The notes under the pieces: model-generated | Database searches by the model: none | Seen by the model: only the letters and a program-made list of their open reading frames with translations | Told to the model about the DNA's origin: nothing | From: an uncultured Verrucomicrobiae bacterium | GTDB lineage: Bacteria; Verrucomicrobiota; Verrucomicrobiia; Palsa-1439 | Assembly: GCA_963842185.1 (NCBI GenBank) | Contig: CAWJFL010000013.1 | Coordinates: 372,022-436,021, forward strand | Length of the DNA: 64,000 bases | Reading direction: 5' to 3' | Shown: positions 46,326 through 56,647 of the stretch, piece after piece | Layout: every line of letters starts with the position of its first letter | Position numbering within the stretch: position 1 is the stretch's first letter | Program-made: the position numbers and the translations under genes

Positions 46326-48404
46326 CTACCGTTCCAACTCATACACGATTCGCCGCCCGGAGGTATGAACCGCCTTCGCAAATTGTTCCTGATCCAGGAC
46401 GTCTTTAATCAAGCTCCAGTTTGCGTCCGTCATATAACTGTATCCATGCCGCAGGCGGTTCAGCTCCGGATAATTCACGTACACGTGGGTGATGCCCTGC
46501 GTGCGCAACGCCGCCAGCAATTCTTCCGGTGTTTTCGCGGCGCGTGACATCGCCGTCAACGGATTCTGATCGAACGCCGTGCTATACACGACCGATTGCT
46601 TTGCATAATACGCACGGGCTTCTCCGACATAGAGTACTTTGGCACCAGCCGGCAGGTTCTCGTTCATCCAAATGATTGGCTCCAGCACTCCCTTGCCCAC
46701 GTTGCGCAACGAATTCGTCACGGGTGAATTGACCGAGTGCGTATTGCGCAAAACTCATCTGCGGCGGCATTCGCAACGGGTCACCCGCGTCCACCAAATC
46801 GTTCAGTGCCAGCGACGTGAGGCTGGCCGCCATCACAAGTCCGACAGAAACGCGCATCGTGATTCGCACCATTGCATCCTTACCCAGTTTCTCCATGGCA
46901 AAGGCGGCGGCGACTGCTGCCATGCCAAATGCCGGAAACAAGAACCGCCACGGTCGAAACGTGAAACAGAACCATCCGGCGTACGAGCCCACGAACAGCC
47001 ATCCGGCCCGTTTTGCCGCTGGTTGCGCATGCGGAACCAAGAGCAGCAGGGGCGTTGTCAGCAACAACAATGGAACCGCTCCGGCCTCGACGAACGAATA
47101 TTTCCACGGCAGCGTAAAGAATTCCGTGACGGTCGCCAATCCAAACATCGGCGCGTGTCTCCCCGAGAATACCAGCGCCTGTTCTGCGTTCCAGTGCGGG
47201 TTCGGGAACAATCGATACAATAGCGGATACACCGGGTTGCCTGTCAGAAGCCAGTTCTTTACCAGCCACGGTGCGACCACGGCGACCGCCACCAGAACGA
47301 ACCCGGCGAGCAGACGATACTTCCGACGGAAAATCACTCCTGCTGCCGCAGGAAGCAACACCACCGCAATCGCCGGCCATTTCGTTGCCGCTGCGCCTCC
47401 AACACCGAGGGCTGACAGCCAAAGGAGCTCTCTTTCTCTTCTTCCTCCATCCACAACACGAGCGCCCCGAACGCCAGCGTCGCGAAGAATGCCGTCGCCA
47501 AATCGATCCGCGCCGTTTGGCCAAGTTCCTGCACGAATGGCGTGCAATAGAACAGCGCCGCAGCCGTCAGCCCCACGGCTTTCGACCAGAGCCGTTGGGC
47601 CGCACCATATACCGTTGCCGCAGCCAGCAACCCGAACAACCAATGCAACAGTTTTGCCGCGATATCCGACGTCGTGGTTTTCGCCAGCAAATACAGCATT
47701 TCGGTCAACTGCGGCATGTTGGTGTAGAAGTTGTGCGGCAGAAACACAATACGACCCGCACGCTGGTAATCCGCCAGCGCACCGAGGTGATACTCCAGTT
47801 CGTCGTACTCGAACGGCGGCGCCAGTGCTCCCACGAGGTTGAGTGCCGCGGCAAGGAGGATGCACGCGAGCATCAATTTTGCCCAACTGTCCGTGCGTTC
47901 CGTCGATACATGGAAATCGCCCACAAACTTCCTCGGTGCCGGCAAGAGCCAGCACGCCAGTGTGAGAAACGTGTAGGGGACTTTCGCTACGGATAACGCC
48001 CCGGTGACGAGCACAAGCACCGCCAGAAACCACAGACCAACCCCGAGTGCGAATAGCATGCCGAGCACATCGCGGCGCGCAATCAGCCGGCCCGCCACCG
48101 TTGCGCCCAACCCTAGCGACGCGGCTACAATGCCGATAATGCATCCACCCTCATACATCCGTCCGGTCCAGAATTCACGGAAATGCGGGCCGACGCGAAA
48201 CGCTGGCATCGACGCGTTGACGACTGCCGCAAGTTGGAACGGTAGCCCCCAGGCGCCGTAGCGGATCAGGTAAACAAGCGCCAATCCCAGGACCCAAAGA
48301 ATGGCGAGAAGTCGTGTGAATTCCGGGCGACGCCAGGTGGATACGCCACGATCCGAAGCGGTCTGCATTGCCCGCCATTGTACCCGCCTCCGCCCCATGC
48401 GCAA
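46326..48404 (-). pseudogene. Large polytopic membrane protein, probably a GT-C-type (ArnT/PMT-like) glycosyltransferase, split into three frames by 2 frameshifts
   Basis: Three ORFs (47334..48404, 46582..48144, 46326..46751) read consecutively as one protein (...LVLWMEEEEKE|LLWLSALGVGGAAATKWPAIAVV...MSFAQYALGQFTRDEF|..NSLRNVGKGVLEPIIWMNENLPAGAKVLYVGE...). The junctions are at about 47431-47440 (a GAGAG run, apparently missing one base) and about 46700-46740. Confidence 0.5.
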
Positions 48405-48445
48405 GCCGACTGGTTATGGCACCGGCCTGAAGACCGTGTCGCCCA

Positions 48446-49363
48446 TTACTCCATTGCCGTCCCCGGCTTGACCGGGTGCCCTCGCAAAAACGCATCAACA
48501 GTCATGCGTTTACTATTGGCTGGTTGGAGTTCGAGGATGCGAAGACCGCCATCGCCGGTGGCGACCACGAAATCAGCAAGGACTTCGCCGGGGTTGCCGG
48601 TGACGCTCTCGACGACCTCAGCTTTCCAGATTTTCAACATCAGGTCGCCCAGCTGCGTGTACGCACTCGGCCAAGGATTGAACGCCCGAACCTGTCGCTC
48701 AATCTCGATGGCGGAATGCGTCCAGTCGATGCGTCCGTGTTCTTTCGCAATCTTCCTCGCAGAGGTGGCGCAGGTCTCGTCTTGTTTCGCCCGCGGGGCC
48801 TTGCCCTCGGCGATCTGCGCGACCGTTTCCACGAGCAACCCGGCCCCGAGTTTCGCCAGGCGGTCGTGTAGCGTGGCGCTGGTGTCGTCAGGGCGAATGA
48901 GTTCCGACCGTTGCAGGATGATGTCACCCGTGTCCATGTGCTCGTCCATGTACATCGTGGTGACGCCCGTTTCGCGATCGCCGTGGAGAATGGCGTATTG
49001 GATCGGCGCAGCCCCACGCCAGCGCGGCAACAACGAAGTGTGGACGTTCACGCACCCGAAGCGCGGGATTTCCAGAACCGATTTCGGCAGAATCTGGCCA
49101 TACGCGACCACAATGACAAGATCGGGTTGCGTGGCCTTCATCGCCTCGATGGCGTCGGGCTCGCGGATTTTCAGCGGTTGCTGAACGGGAAACCCGAGGC
49201 GCTCAGCGGCGACTTTCACGGGTGGCGGCGTCGGCTTGAGGTCACGGCCTTTCGGGCGGTCGGGCTGGGTGACGACGGCGACGACTTCGTGGCCGGGCAT
49301 TTTCGCCACGGCTTCGAAGCACGGCACGGCCAATTCTGCGGTCCCCATGAATGCGATGCGCAT
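48446..49363 (-). CDS. fmt: Methionyl-tRNA formyltransferase
   Basis: MRIAFMGTAELAVPCFEAV...VVTQPDRPKGR...HTSLLPRWRGAAPIQ... The start is chosen at ATG 49363. Confidence 0.9.
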   Translation of the reverse strand: MRIAFMGTAELAVPCFEAVAKMPGHEVVAVVTQPDRPKGRDLKPTPPPVKVAAERLGFPVQQPLKIREPDAIEAMKATQPDLVIVVAYGQILPKSVLEIPRFGCVNVHTSLLPRWRGAAPIQYAILHGDRETGVTTMYMDEHMDTGDIILQRSELIRPDDTSATLHDRLAKLGAGLLVETVAQIAEGKAPRAKQDETCATSARKIAKEHGRIDWTHSAIEIERQVRAFNPWPSAYTQLGDLMLKIWKAEVVESVTGNPGEVLADFVVATGDGGLRILELQPANSKRMTVDAFLRGHPVKPGTAME

Positions 49364-49420
49364 GTTTGCTTTCGTCAGCACTAGCAGAGCGACCGGTCGA
49401 AAACAAGCGCGCACGCTAAA

Positions 49421-49456
49421 GCAAAACGGACAGGGCGCGAGCGCCTGTCCGTTTTG
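49421..49456. terminator. Intrinsic-terminator-like GC hairpin flanked by an A-run and a T-run (bidirectional)
   Basis: caaaacGGACAGGGCGCgagcGCGCCTGTCCgttttgcg. The stem is about 10-11 bp with one bulge. It lies 30 nt downstream of the 49483..50196 gene. Confidence 0.6.
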
Positions 49457-49482
49457 CGCAAACAGCTTCGGTATGTCCGGTG

Positions 49483-50196
49483 CTAGTTCGAGAGAAGGAT
49501 GCGTTTCATCGTGAACTGTCCGAAGGGGAGCAGGAACGTATTGGTCGAGCCATCCAAAACGATGACATCGGTAACGCCGATCAAGTGCGCCTCTCCGGTG
49601 ATGTGCTTGTCTTTGACCCCTTTAACATCCAGATCCTTGATATTGGCATCGGCACAAACTTTGTCGTGTGCCTTATCCGTGTCGATCAGCACCTCGGCCG
49701 GGCAGCCGTTGCTGGGAGTCAGGTATATCCTGCCCGCGACTGTCAGGGAGCCGCCCACCAGGAACCCGTTGGTATTGATGCCCATTTGGATGACGAAGCG
49801 CTCGTGGTTGGGGCCTGCGGCATCAGGATTGTCCTGCGCTGTCAGCGCCGTCATGCTGGTGCTTTGCGCAATGGTAAGAATGTTGCTCGACAGAACCGTG
49901 TCAAAGATCACCAGGCTGGCTTCGGTGGAATTACAATTAATGTCCATCGCGAGCAGTTGGTTCGTTCGCGCAGTCTCCAAGGCTGTGCCCAAAGCCAGAT
50001 TGACAATGTCATGTCCCGCGAGTGATTCGACCGCCAAGGTGGCCGTGTTTGTCGCAAGCGGATTCGGCGTCTGGTACACGGCGGTGATCGACGCCGTCGT
50101 CCGTATGGTGCGCGAACTTTCTATCGTGGCCCACGTTGTAAGAACCGCGGCCGTCGAGGCAATTACTCCTGCTACTATCCATTTCTTCGCCTTCAT
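49483..50196 (-). CDS. Hypothetical secreted Thr/Ser/Ala-rich protein
   Basis: 237 aa with a signal peptide (MKAKKWIVAGVIASTAAVLTTWA). No recognisable domain. GC is lower than in the flanking genes. Confidence 0.5.
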   Translation of the reverse strand: MKAKKWIVAGVIASTAAVLTTWATIESSRTIRTTASITAVYQTPNPLATNTATLAVESLAGHDIVNLALGTALETARTNQLLAMDINCNSTEASLVIFDTVLSSNILTIAQSTSMTALTAQDNPDAAGPNHERFVIQMGINTNGFLVGGSLTVAGRIYLTPSNGCPAEVLIDTDKAHDKVCADANIKDLDVKGVKDKHITGEAHLIGVTDVIVLDGSTNTFLLPFGQFTMKRILLSN

Positions 50197-50480
50197 CGTC
50201 GTTCTTTATACTCCTTGCTCGGCTTGTTTGTTTTGGCGGGAACCGCGCCAAGCAATAGTCACCCCAGCTCTTGCATTGAGGTAGCGGCCCGCCGTGCGAC
50301 AATAGATACAGACACTTTCAGCACTGTTTGTGCCAAGCGACCTTGGACCCGCTTTTCGATGCCTGCTCATGTTGCCTCAGGTATGAAACACCGTAAAACC
50401 AAGGCGGTTTCGGGGTCGCGTGGACATAAATTGGGTTAATCTACCAAACAAAATTGGACGCAGCGTTCCAAAACTGAACG

Positions 50481-51116
50481 CTATTCCGCGTTCGCAACCG
50501 CCGGGCGCTCAATCACATGCAATTCTTGCGTACGACCCAGTATCGCACTCAGAATATCATGAGCGACTTCGATGGGGGATTGCAGCGCATCTACATCCAC
50601 GCGCAGCCGCTCGGGATAGTACTCCAAGACGGGGCGCGATTCCCTGTCATAAACCTCAAGCCGATGGGCGATGGTCTTCTCGTTCGCATCGTCGAGACGG
50701 TTTTCCTTCAGGGCGCGAGACTTCAGCCGCCGGACCATTTCTTCGTGATGGTGCGTCGCGCACAAGGCAATCAACTTCACGACTTCGATGTATGGATCGA
50801 GCATCTTCGCCTGATGGATGTTCCGTGGAATGCCGTCGAGCACTAACACGGTGCTCTCCGGCCGGAACGCGCCCGTGTGAATCAGCTTGTCGATGTGTTC
50901 CCGCCACAACCGCACCGTGAAGTCGTCGGGAACAAGTTCACCCTTGCTCGAGTATCGCAGGAACACCTTGCCAATTTCGCTGTTCAGATCAATCGAGCGA
51001 AACACATCCCCGCACGCGAGGTGGCGAAAACCGGGCAATGTCCCCAGCATCTTGCCCTGCGTGCCTTTCCCGCTGCCGGGGGCCCCGAACAGCAAGATCG
51101 TCTTGATCTTGTCCAT
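50481..51116 (-). CDS. adk: Adenylate kinase
   Basis: The P-loop reads LLFGAPGSGKGTQG. The NMP-bind and LID regions are present. Confidence 0.9.
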   Translation of the reverse strand: MDKIKTILLFGAPGSGKGTQGKMLGTLPGFRHLACGDVFRSIDLNSEIGKVFLRYSSKGELVPDDFTVRLWREHIDKLIHTGAFRPESTVLVLDGIPRNIHQAKMLDPYIEVVKLIALCATHHHEEMVRRLKSRALKENRLDDANEKTIAHRLEVYDRESRPVLEYYPERLRVDVDALQSPIEVAHDILSAILGRTQELHVIERPAVANAE

Positions 51117-51130
51117 CTGCTGCTTCTCCT

Positions 51131-52204
51131 CTAGTTCAACAGCTGATACCAGTTATTGCGTCGATGCGGTTCGTAACCGAGTTCACGAATCAACCGCCGC
51201 ATCGTTTCCTCGTTGATGCGGAACGTGGCCCCGGCCTGTGACACGACATTCTCTTCCATCATCACGCTGCCGAAATCATTCGCGCCAAACTTCAGCGCGA
51301 CCTGCCCGATTTGCGGTCCTTGTGTTACCCAACTGGACTGCACATTGTCAAAATTATCGAGAAAGATTCGTGCCAAAGCCTGCATCCGCAGGTACTCGTG
51401 CGAACCAACCGATGGCACTTTGAGGCGTGTGTTCTCGCTCTGGAAGGTCCAGCAGATGAACGCGGTGAACCCATGCGTGCGATCCTGCAGGTCGCGCAGC
51501 CGCTGGAGATGCTCGACGCGGTCCTCAATCGTCTCCACGTGCCCGAACATCATCGTCGCCGATGAATTCAACCCCATCCCGTGCGCGATCTCCATTACAC
51601 GCAGCCACTCGTCGCTCATGCATTTGAGCGGGGAAATGCGCTGGCGCACTCGATCCACCAGGATCTCGCCCCCGCCGCCGGGAATCGAGCCCAGCCCCGC
51701 CTCCTTGAAACGGCGAATGACTTCTTCCACGGACATTTGGAACACTTCGGCAAAGTGATTGAATTCGGGCGGCGAAAAACCATGGATGTTCACCTGGGGA
51801 AAATTGCGACGGATGTACTGGAGCAGGTTCAGATAATAATCAATCCCCAGCTTTGGATGGTGACCGCCTTGCATCAAGATCTGCACGCCGCCAATGGCTA
51901 CCAGTTCCTTGATTTTCTCGCCAACCTGCTCGGGCGTCAGCACGTACGAATCGCTGTCAGGCTCTTCACGCATGAACGCGCAAAAAGTGCAATACACGTC
52001 GCACACGTTCGTGTAATTGATATTGCGGTCGATGATGTATGTGACCTTCCGCTCCGGATGCTTCCGCTCGCGCACGATGTCCGCCAGCGCGCCCAATTCG
52101 GGCAACGTGAGCCCCTGATACAGCCGCACTGCCTCCTCGGCCGTGATCCGCGCACCGTCAAATACCTTGCCCTGGATAATGTCAAGCGACGTATCGTAGA
52201 TCAT
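51131..52204 (-). CDS. Radical-SAM futalosine-pathway enzyme of the MqnC/MqnE (CofH-like) family
   Basis: The CxxxCxxC motif is in INYTNVCDVYCTFCAF. The C-terminal region is TIM-barrel-like (GGHHPKLGIDYYL...). I cannot confidently separate MqnC from MqnE by eye. This copy and 52946..54148 are presumably one of each. Confidence 0.8.
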   Translation of the reverse strand: MIYDTSLDIIQGKVFDGARITAEEAVRLYQGLTLPELGALADIVRERKHPERKVTYIIDRNINYTNVCDVYCTFCAFMREEPDSDSYVLTPEQVGEKIKELVAIGGVQILMQGGHHPKLGIDYYLNLLQYIRRNFPQVNIHGFSPPEFNHFAEVFQMSVEEVIRRFKEAGLGSIPGGGGEILVDRVRQRISPLKCMSDEWLRVMEIAHGMGLNSSATMMFGHVETIEDRVEHLQRLRDLQDRTHGFTAFICWTFQSENTRLKVPSVGSHEYLRMQALARIFLDNFDNVQSSWVTQGPQIGQVALKFGANDFGSVMMEENVVSQAGATFRINEETMRRLIRELGYEPHRRNNWYQLLN

Positions 52205-52949
52205 GGCTGCTGCTCACCAATCCCATTTCCTTCAAGTATTGCTGGAACCGCCGCATCCCCTGTTTCTCGGCATCCCCCAAATTGTACCACACACAGTTCG
52301 AGTAATAGTCCCGGAGGAATTCCGGAGTTGCCTCGGTCGCCTGCTGCACTATCTCTTCGATATGCGCCAGCCCGTTGACCTTCGCGCTACGCAGCAGCGC
52401 CGCCAGTTCCGTCTTCTCCGCGTCGCGCTGGAACGCCCAGGCTGCAAACACGAACGGCAACCCCGTCATCTCCACCCACGCCGCGCCGAGGTCCCACAGC
52501 GGCTGTTTCCCGTTGCGCGTCGCGTACCAGATCGCTTCGTCGCCGATCAACAACATCGCCTCGTGATCGCTCAGCTTTGCTCCAGGTGGTCGCGGATAGA
52601 ACTCTGGCTCGATATGGTATCCCAACTTCAACAACACGCGCAGCAGCCACACGGACGTTCGTGACGCCGGGGTCACCGCTACTCGCTGTATTTTCTCCAA
52701 GGGCACGCGGTGCGTCAGGAATACGCTGCGCACAGCCCCGCGTGCCGCGATGGCGATTCCATCGAGCACGTCATACTGGTCGTGCAACAGCACCTCGGCG
52801 ATGGGCACGATTCCCACGTCGAACTGCTTCCGATACATCAGGTCCGCCAGTCGCGACGGCTCGCAATAGCCCACCTGATTTTCAATGCCGTACACCAGCG
52901 GCCGCACATTTAGATACGAAATGCCTCCGATGCGTGGTTTTGTGGTCAC
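52182..52949 (-). CDS. mqnA: Chorismate dehydratase MqnA (futalosine pathway)
   Basis: MTTKPRIGGISYLNVRPLVYGIE... (the ISYLN motif). It has a periplasmic-binding-protein-like fold and is 255 aa long. Confidence 0.75.
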   Translation of the reverse strand: MTTKPRIGGISYLNVRPLVYGIENQVGYCEPSRLADLMYRKQFDVGIVPIAEVLLHDQYDVLDGIAIAARGAVRSVFLTHRVPLEKIQRVAVTPASRTSVWLLRVLLKLGYHIEPEFYPRPPGAKLSDHEAMLLIGDEAIWYATRNGKQPLWDLGAAWVEMTGLPFVFAAWAFQRDAEKTELAALLRSAKVNGLAHIEEIVQQATEATPEFLRDYYSNCVWYNLGDAEKQGMRRFQQYLKEMGLVSSSHDLRYVA

Positions 52950-54148
52950 GCCGTGCCTCCTTCATTACTCGCGCCTACATAGGCTGACGCAGTGGGTGCG
53001 GCGGGACCGACGGGCGAAGCGTCCGCCCGATCATCTCGCATTTCCCGACCCTCACCCTTCTGCACAACCGGTCGATACAAACTGTCCCGTTGGACCGGTT
53101 CCCGTCCCGTTTCGCGGATCGCCTTCACCAGTTCTTCTCGCGCCACTTCTTGCGGCGTCTTCGCGCCGGCCATGTGGTAAATCTTCTCTTCGATAACGGT
53201 GCCGTCGATGTCGTCGACACCGTAACTCAATGACACTTGGGCCAACTTCATCCCCATGAGAATCCAGTACGCCTTGATGTGGTCGATATTGTCGAGGTAA
53301 ATGCGGGCGATGGCGAGTGTCTTGAGCATGTCGTAACCACTCGGCCCGGGCAGGTCCGGCAGTTTGGTGTTCTCGGGGTGAAACGCCAGCGTCACGAACG
53401 CCGTAAATCCGTTGGTCTCGTCCTGCAGGTCGCGCAACCGCCGCAAATGATCCACGCGATGATGGTCTTTCTCGACGTGGCCGATCAACATCGTACAGGT
53501 CGAGCGCCCGCCCATTTTGTGCCACGTGCGATGCACGTCGGCCCATTCCTCGGCGGACTCTTTCGCGTGACAAATCCTGCTCCGAACCTCGGGATCAAAA
53601 ATCTCCGCCCCGCCGCCCGTCAACGACCCGAGTCCTGCTTCCCTCAATGCCGCCAGCGTTTCCGGCACACTTCGCTTGCCCACCCACGAGAGATGCAGGA
53701 TCTCAATCGCCGTGAACGCCTTCAAATGCAGTTTTGGATCGAGTGCCTTCAGCGATCGCAGCATCTCGACGTAATAGTCCCACTTGAACGATGGATGCAG
53801 GCCGCCAACGATGTGAATTTCGGTGATACCCAGTTTGAGCGCCTCTTGCGCCTTCCCGATCATCTGCGGCAGGTTGTATTCGTACGCGCCCGCGTCGCGC
53901 CGCCGCCGATAGAATGCGCAAAAATCGCAATCGAGAATGCAGATGTTGGAGTAATTGATGTGGCGATTGAGAATGTAATACGCCACGTTGCCGTTCTTGC
54001 GTTCGCGCACGGTGTTGGCCATCGCGCCGATCGCGGCCAGGTCCTGCGAGCGGTACAATCGCAGACAATCGTCTTCGGTGATGCGCTGTGCCGCCTCCAC
54101 CTTCTCGTAAATGTCCCGCAACTCCGACCGCTCGATCAACTTGTTCAT
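52946..54148 (-). CDS. Radical-SAM futalosine-pathway enzyme of the MqnE/MqnC family (second paralogue)
   Basis: INYSNICILDCDFCAF, HIVGGLHPSFKWDYYVEML... The start is chosen at ATG 54148 (MNKLIERSELRD). The 43-codon upstream extension in the track looks non-coding. Confidence 0.8.
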   Translation of the reverse strand: MNKLIERSELRDIYEKVEAAQRITEDDCLRLYRSQDLAAIGAMANTVRERKNGNVAYYILNRHINYSNICILDCDFCAFYRRRRDAGAYEYNLPQMIGKAQEALKLGITEIHIVGGLHPSFKWDYYVEMLRSLKALDPKLHLKAFTAIEILHLSWVGKRSVPETLAALREAGLGSLTGGGAEIFDPEVRSRICHAKESAEEWADVHRTWHKMGGRSTCTMLIGHVEKDHHRVDHLRRLRDLQDETNGFTAFVTLAFHPENTKLPDLPGPSGYDMLKTLAIARIYLDNIDHIKAYWILMGMKLAQVSLSYGVDDIDGTVIEEKIYHMAGAKTPQEVAREELVKAIRETGREPVQRDSLYRPVVQKGEGREMRDDRADASPVGPAAPTASAYVGASNEGGTA

Positions 54149-55011
54149 CGTGATATCACATCCGCTACAACGGCCAAAAGAAACACGGCGCTGATGACCG
54201 CGTTCATGCGAAAAAATGCCGCGTTCAGGCTGACGGGATCCTGTTTTCTCGCCAGTACGTGCTGCGCGACAAGACAAATCAGAATGGTCGCCAAGCCAAA
54301 ATAGTATGGCACGCCGAGATGTGAAATCAACCCGAAAGCCAGCAACAAAACCGCCGTGACCCCGTGCGCCACCCGCGCGATCCGCAGGCTGCCCGCAATC
54401 CCCACCCGTACCGGCAACGAGTGCAACCCCTGCGATTTATCAGACTCGTAATCCTGCGTCGCGTAGATGATGTCGAATCCCACCAGCCAAAATACGACCG
54501 CCGCCGCCAACACGCACGGCGGCCAGTTGAACTGTCCACGCACCGCGAGCCACGCGCCCAAGGGTGCGATCCCCAATGCCAATCCGAGAAAGAAATGTGA
54601 GAAGTCCGTAAACCGTTTGGTGTACGAATAGAAACACACCACAAGCAACGCCACGGGCGACAAATAGAAACATAGCGGGTTAATCAACCAGGTCACGCCT
54701 ATCAACACTGCGGCTGCTCCGGCTACCAGCCACCACGCCCCAGTCACCGTCATGCTGCCAACGGGTAAATGCCTCTGGGCCGTGCGCGGGTTCAACGCGT
54801 CAAACTTGCGGTCCACGATGCGATTGAACCCCATCGCCGCCGTGCGGGCGCACACCATCGCGGCCAAAATCAGCAGAAATGTCTGCCATCCCGGCCACCC
54901 GCGATTGGCGCTGGCTGCCACTACCATGCCCGCTAGTGCGAACGGCAGCGCAAATACCGTGTGCGAAAACCGCACAAACTCGAGATATTTCCGGAGACTC
55001 ACGAACCGCAC
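54145..55011 (-). CDS. UbiA-family aromatic prenyltransferase (MqnP / 1,4-dihydroxy-6-naphthoate polyprenyltransferase-like)
   Basis: 288 aa with about 8 TM helices. The first Asp-rich motif reads NRIVDRKFDALNPRTAQR. The second reads DIIYATQDYESD. Confidence 0.8.
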   Translation of the reverse strand: MRFVSLRKYLEFVRFSHTVFALPFALAGMVVAASANRGWPGWQTFLLILAAMVCARTAAMGFNRIVDRKFDALNPRTAQRHLPVGSMTVTGAWWLVAGAAAVLIGVTWLINPLCFYLSPVALLVVCFYSYTKRFTDFSHFFLGLALGIAPLGAWLAVRGQFNWPPCVLAAAVVFWLVGFDIIYATQDYESDKSQGLHSLPVRVGIAGSLRIARVAHGVTAVLLLAFGLISHLGVPYYFGLATILICLVAQHVLARKQDPVSLNAAFFRMNAVISAVFLLAVVADVISR

Positions 55012-55051
55012 TCTAACAGTGCCTGCCGTCAGGATTCAATCATTGGAAGAT

Positions 55052-56515
55052 TCACCGCTGGACAGTGAACGTGATATCCGTGCCCTTGCCGTACGGAACC
55101 CCTTCGCTGTTCTTCTCTGTGCCGCCGTTGTCTTCACGATCTTCACCCACGCTGTAAACCACATAGCCTTTCGCGAGCGTTTTGTAGCGAAGCAGCTTCC
55201 CATCGAACGGATCTGTAGGAACCGCCGAAAGAAAAGCTGGGACAAGATCACTCAGTTGACTTGAAAGCTTCCCCTTGGCGAGCCGATAGCGTTCAGCAGC
55301 AATAGCCACACGGGCGTCACGGATCTTCGCATCACAGCGCTCTGTTATTCTCACCGTGCTATCCAGTGAACCAAGTAGCATCTGGGAAAAGACACGCCAT
55401 CGGAACAGACGTTTCACTTCGTCGTCCACGACGCCAGCGGCAGCGATGCTTTGAGGCGCTGGAAGCTGTGTCGCCCTCACGTACTGTGCCATGATGTCCA
55501 GATAACGCTTCTCCTCCCATTCCAGCAGCCCCGCAGCCTTATACAAAGGCAGCAACGAACCAATCCAATACGTGTCTTCGTCCAAGTAGCTCTCGACGTC
55601 AACGAAAGGAATTCTTCCCGAACGTAACCGCTCGAACAGGTCCTCGCCAAAACATCGTTCCCCAACAAGTTCTCGCGTCAACGCCTGCTGGCTTTCCAAT
55701 TTTCCAACCGCAACATCCAGCTCCGCCAACTGCCCATCCGTCAGGTTCATTCGGTCGAGGGTGTGCTCCAGACAGTCCAAGCCCATCTCTTGGCAGGCCA
55801 GTTGAACAAGATAAGAAATGAGCGTCGGCTCCTAACTCAACGACTGCGCGACAGCCAGCGAGGCAATCACGGATTCCACAGCCTGTTGAGGCTTCTGCTC
55901 CTCAACGTTGAGGATTGCTTCTAGATAAAGCAGTCGTTCGGCTTGGCGAAGTGAAGCGAGAAGTGGCAATCTCATCTCAATTCCCTTGGTCAGATCGATG
56001 GGATAGCGGCACGATTTCATGAAAGCAGCTTGGTGAAGGAGCCGCAAGGTCTCGGCGTTGTCGGAAAGATACTCGGCGACAAGCCGTTCCATTCCGGCGT
56101 GGAGCGGCTCGGTCTTGGACGGCAGCTTGGCAAATCCAATGACAGGCAATAGATCGCGCTTCAGCTTCGGAGGCGAGTAACGATCGCTCTGAACGAAATC
56201 GGCAGGTATGGATGATTCCGTCAGCTTGTTGGTCCATGGTTCAAAATGCGCGAAGGCGTTACTATAGACGTCAGCGGCATTTTGGCCAGCGGGCGGCTGC
56301 ACGTACCATTTGTCGAGTTCGGCGCACGTCACGGGAAAGCCTGCTCGACGGATCGAATTGATCTGCTTCTGGATGAGGAGCCATAGTGTGAGGTGGTAAA
56401 CAAGGTACAACGTGCAGAGGCCCAAGAGGATCAGTACCGCCCGTTTGAGGCGGTGCTTCATCCGCCCTCGTGGAACTTGTGCCGCTTGTCCGTTCATGGC
56501 ATCAACTCGGCTCAA
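55052..56515 (-). CDS. Membrane-anchored hypothetical protein of about 486 aa, interrupted by a single in-frame TAG (stop codon occupies 55829-55831)
   Basis: ORFs 55832..56515 and 55052..55786 are in the same frame. They are separated only by the TAG. The 14 codons after it (EPTLISYLVQLACQ) read straight into the downstream ORF. There is an N-terminal TM (AVLILLGLCTLYLVYHLTLWLL). The C-terminal ...GYVVYSVGEDREDNGGTEKN...DITF is faintly reminiscent of pseudopilin beta-sheet tails. Confidence 0.45.
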
Positions 56516-56647
56516 ACCCTTTTACAGCGCGTCCAGGGCAAAGTCCACCGGGAATTCGATTTCCACCATTCCATTTCAAGACCTGAGATTTGCCGATGTC
56601 TTGCCTGGGGCTGACATCCGTCCATTTCATGTGCTAACTTTCGGGCT

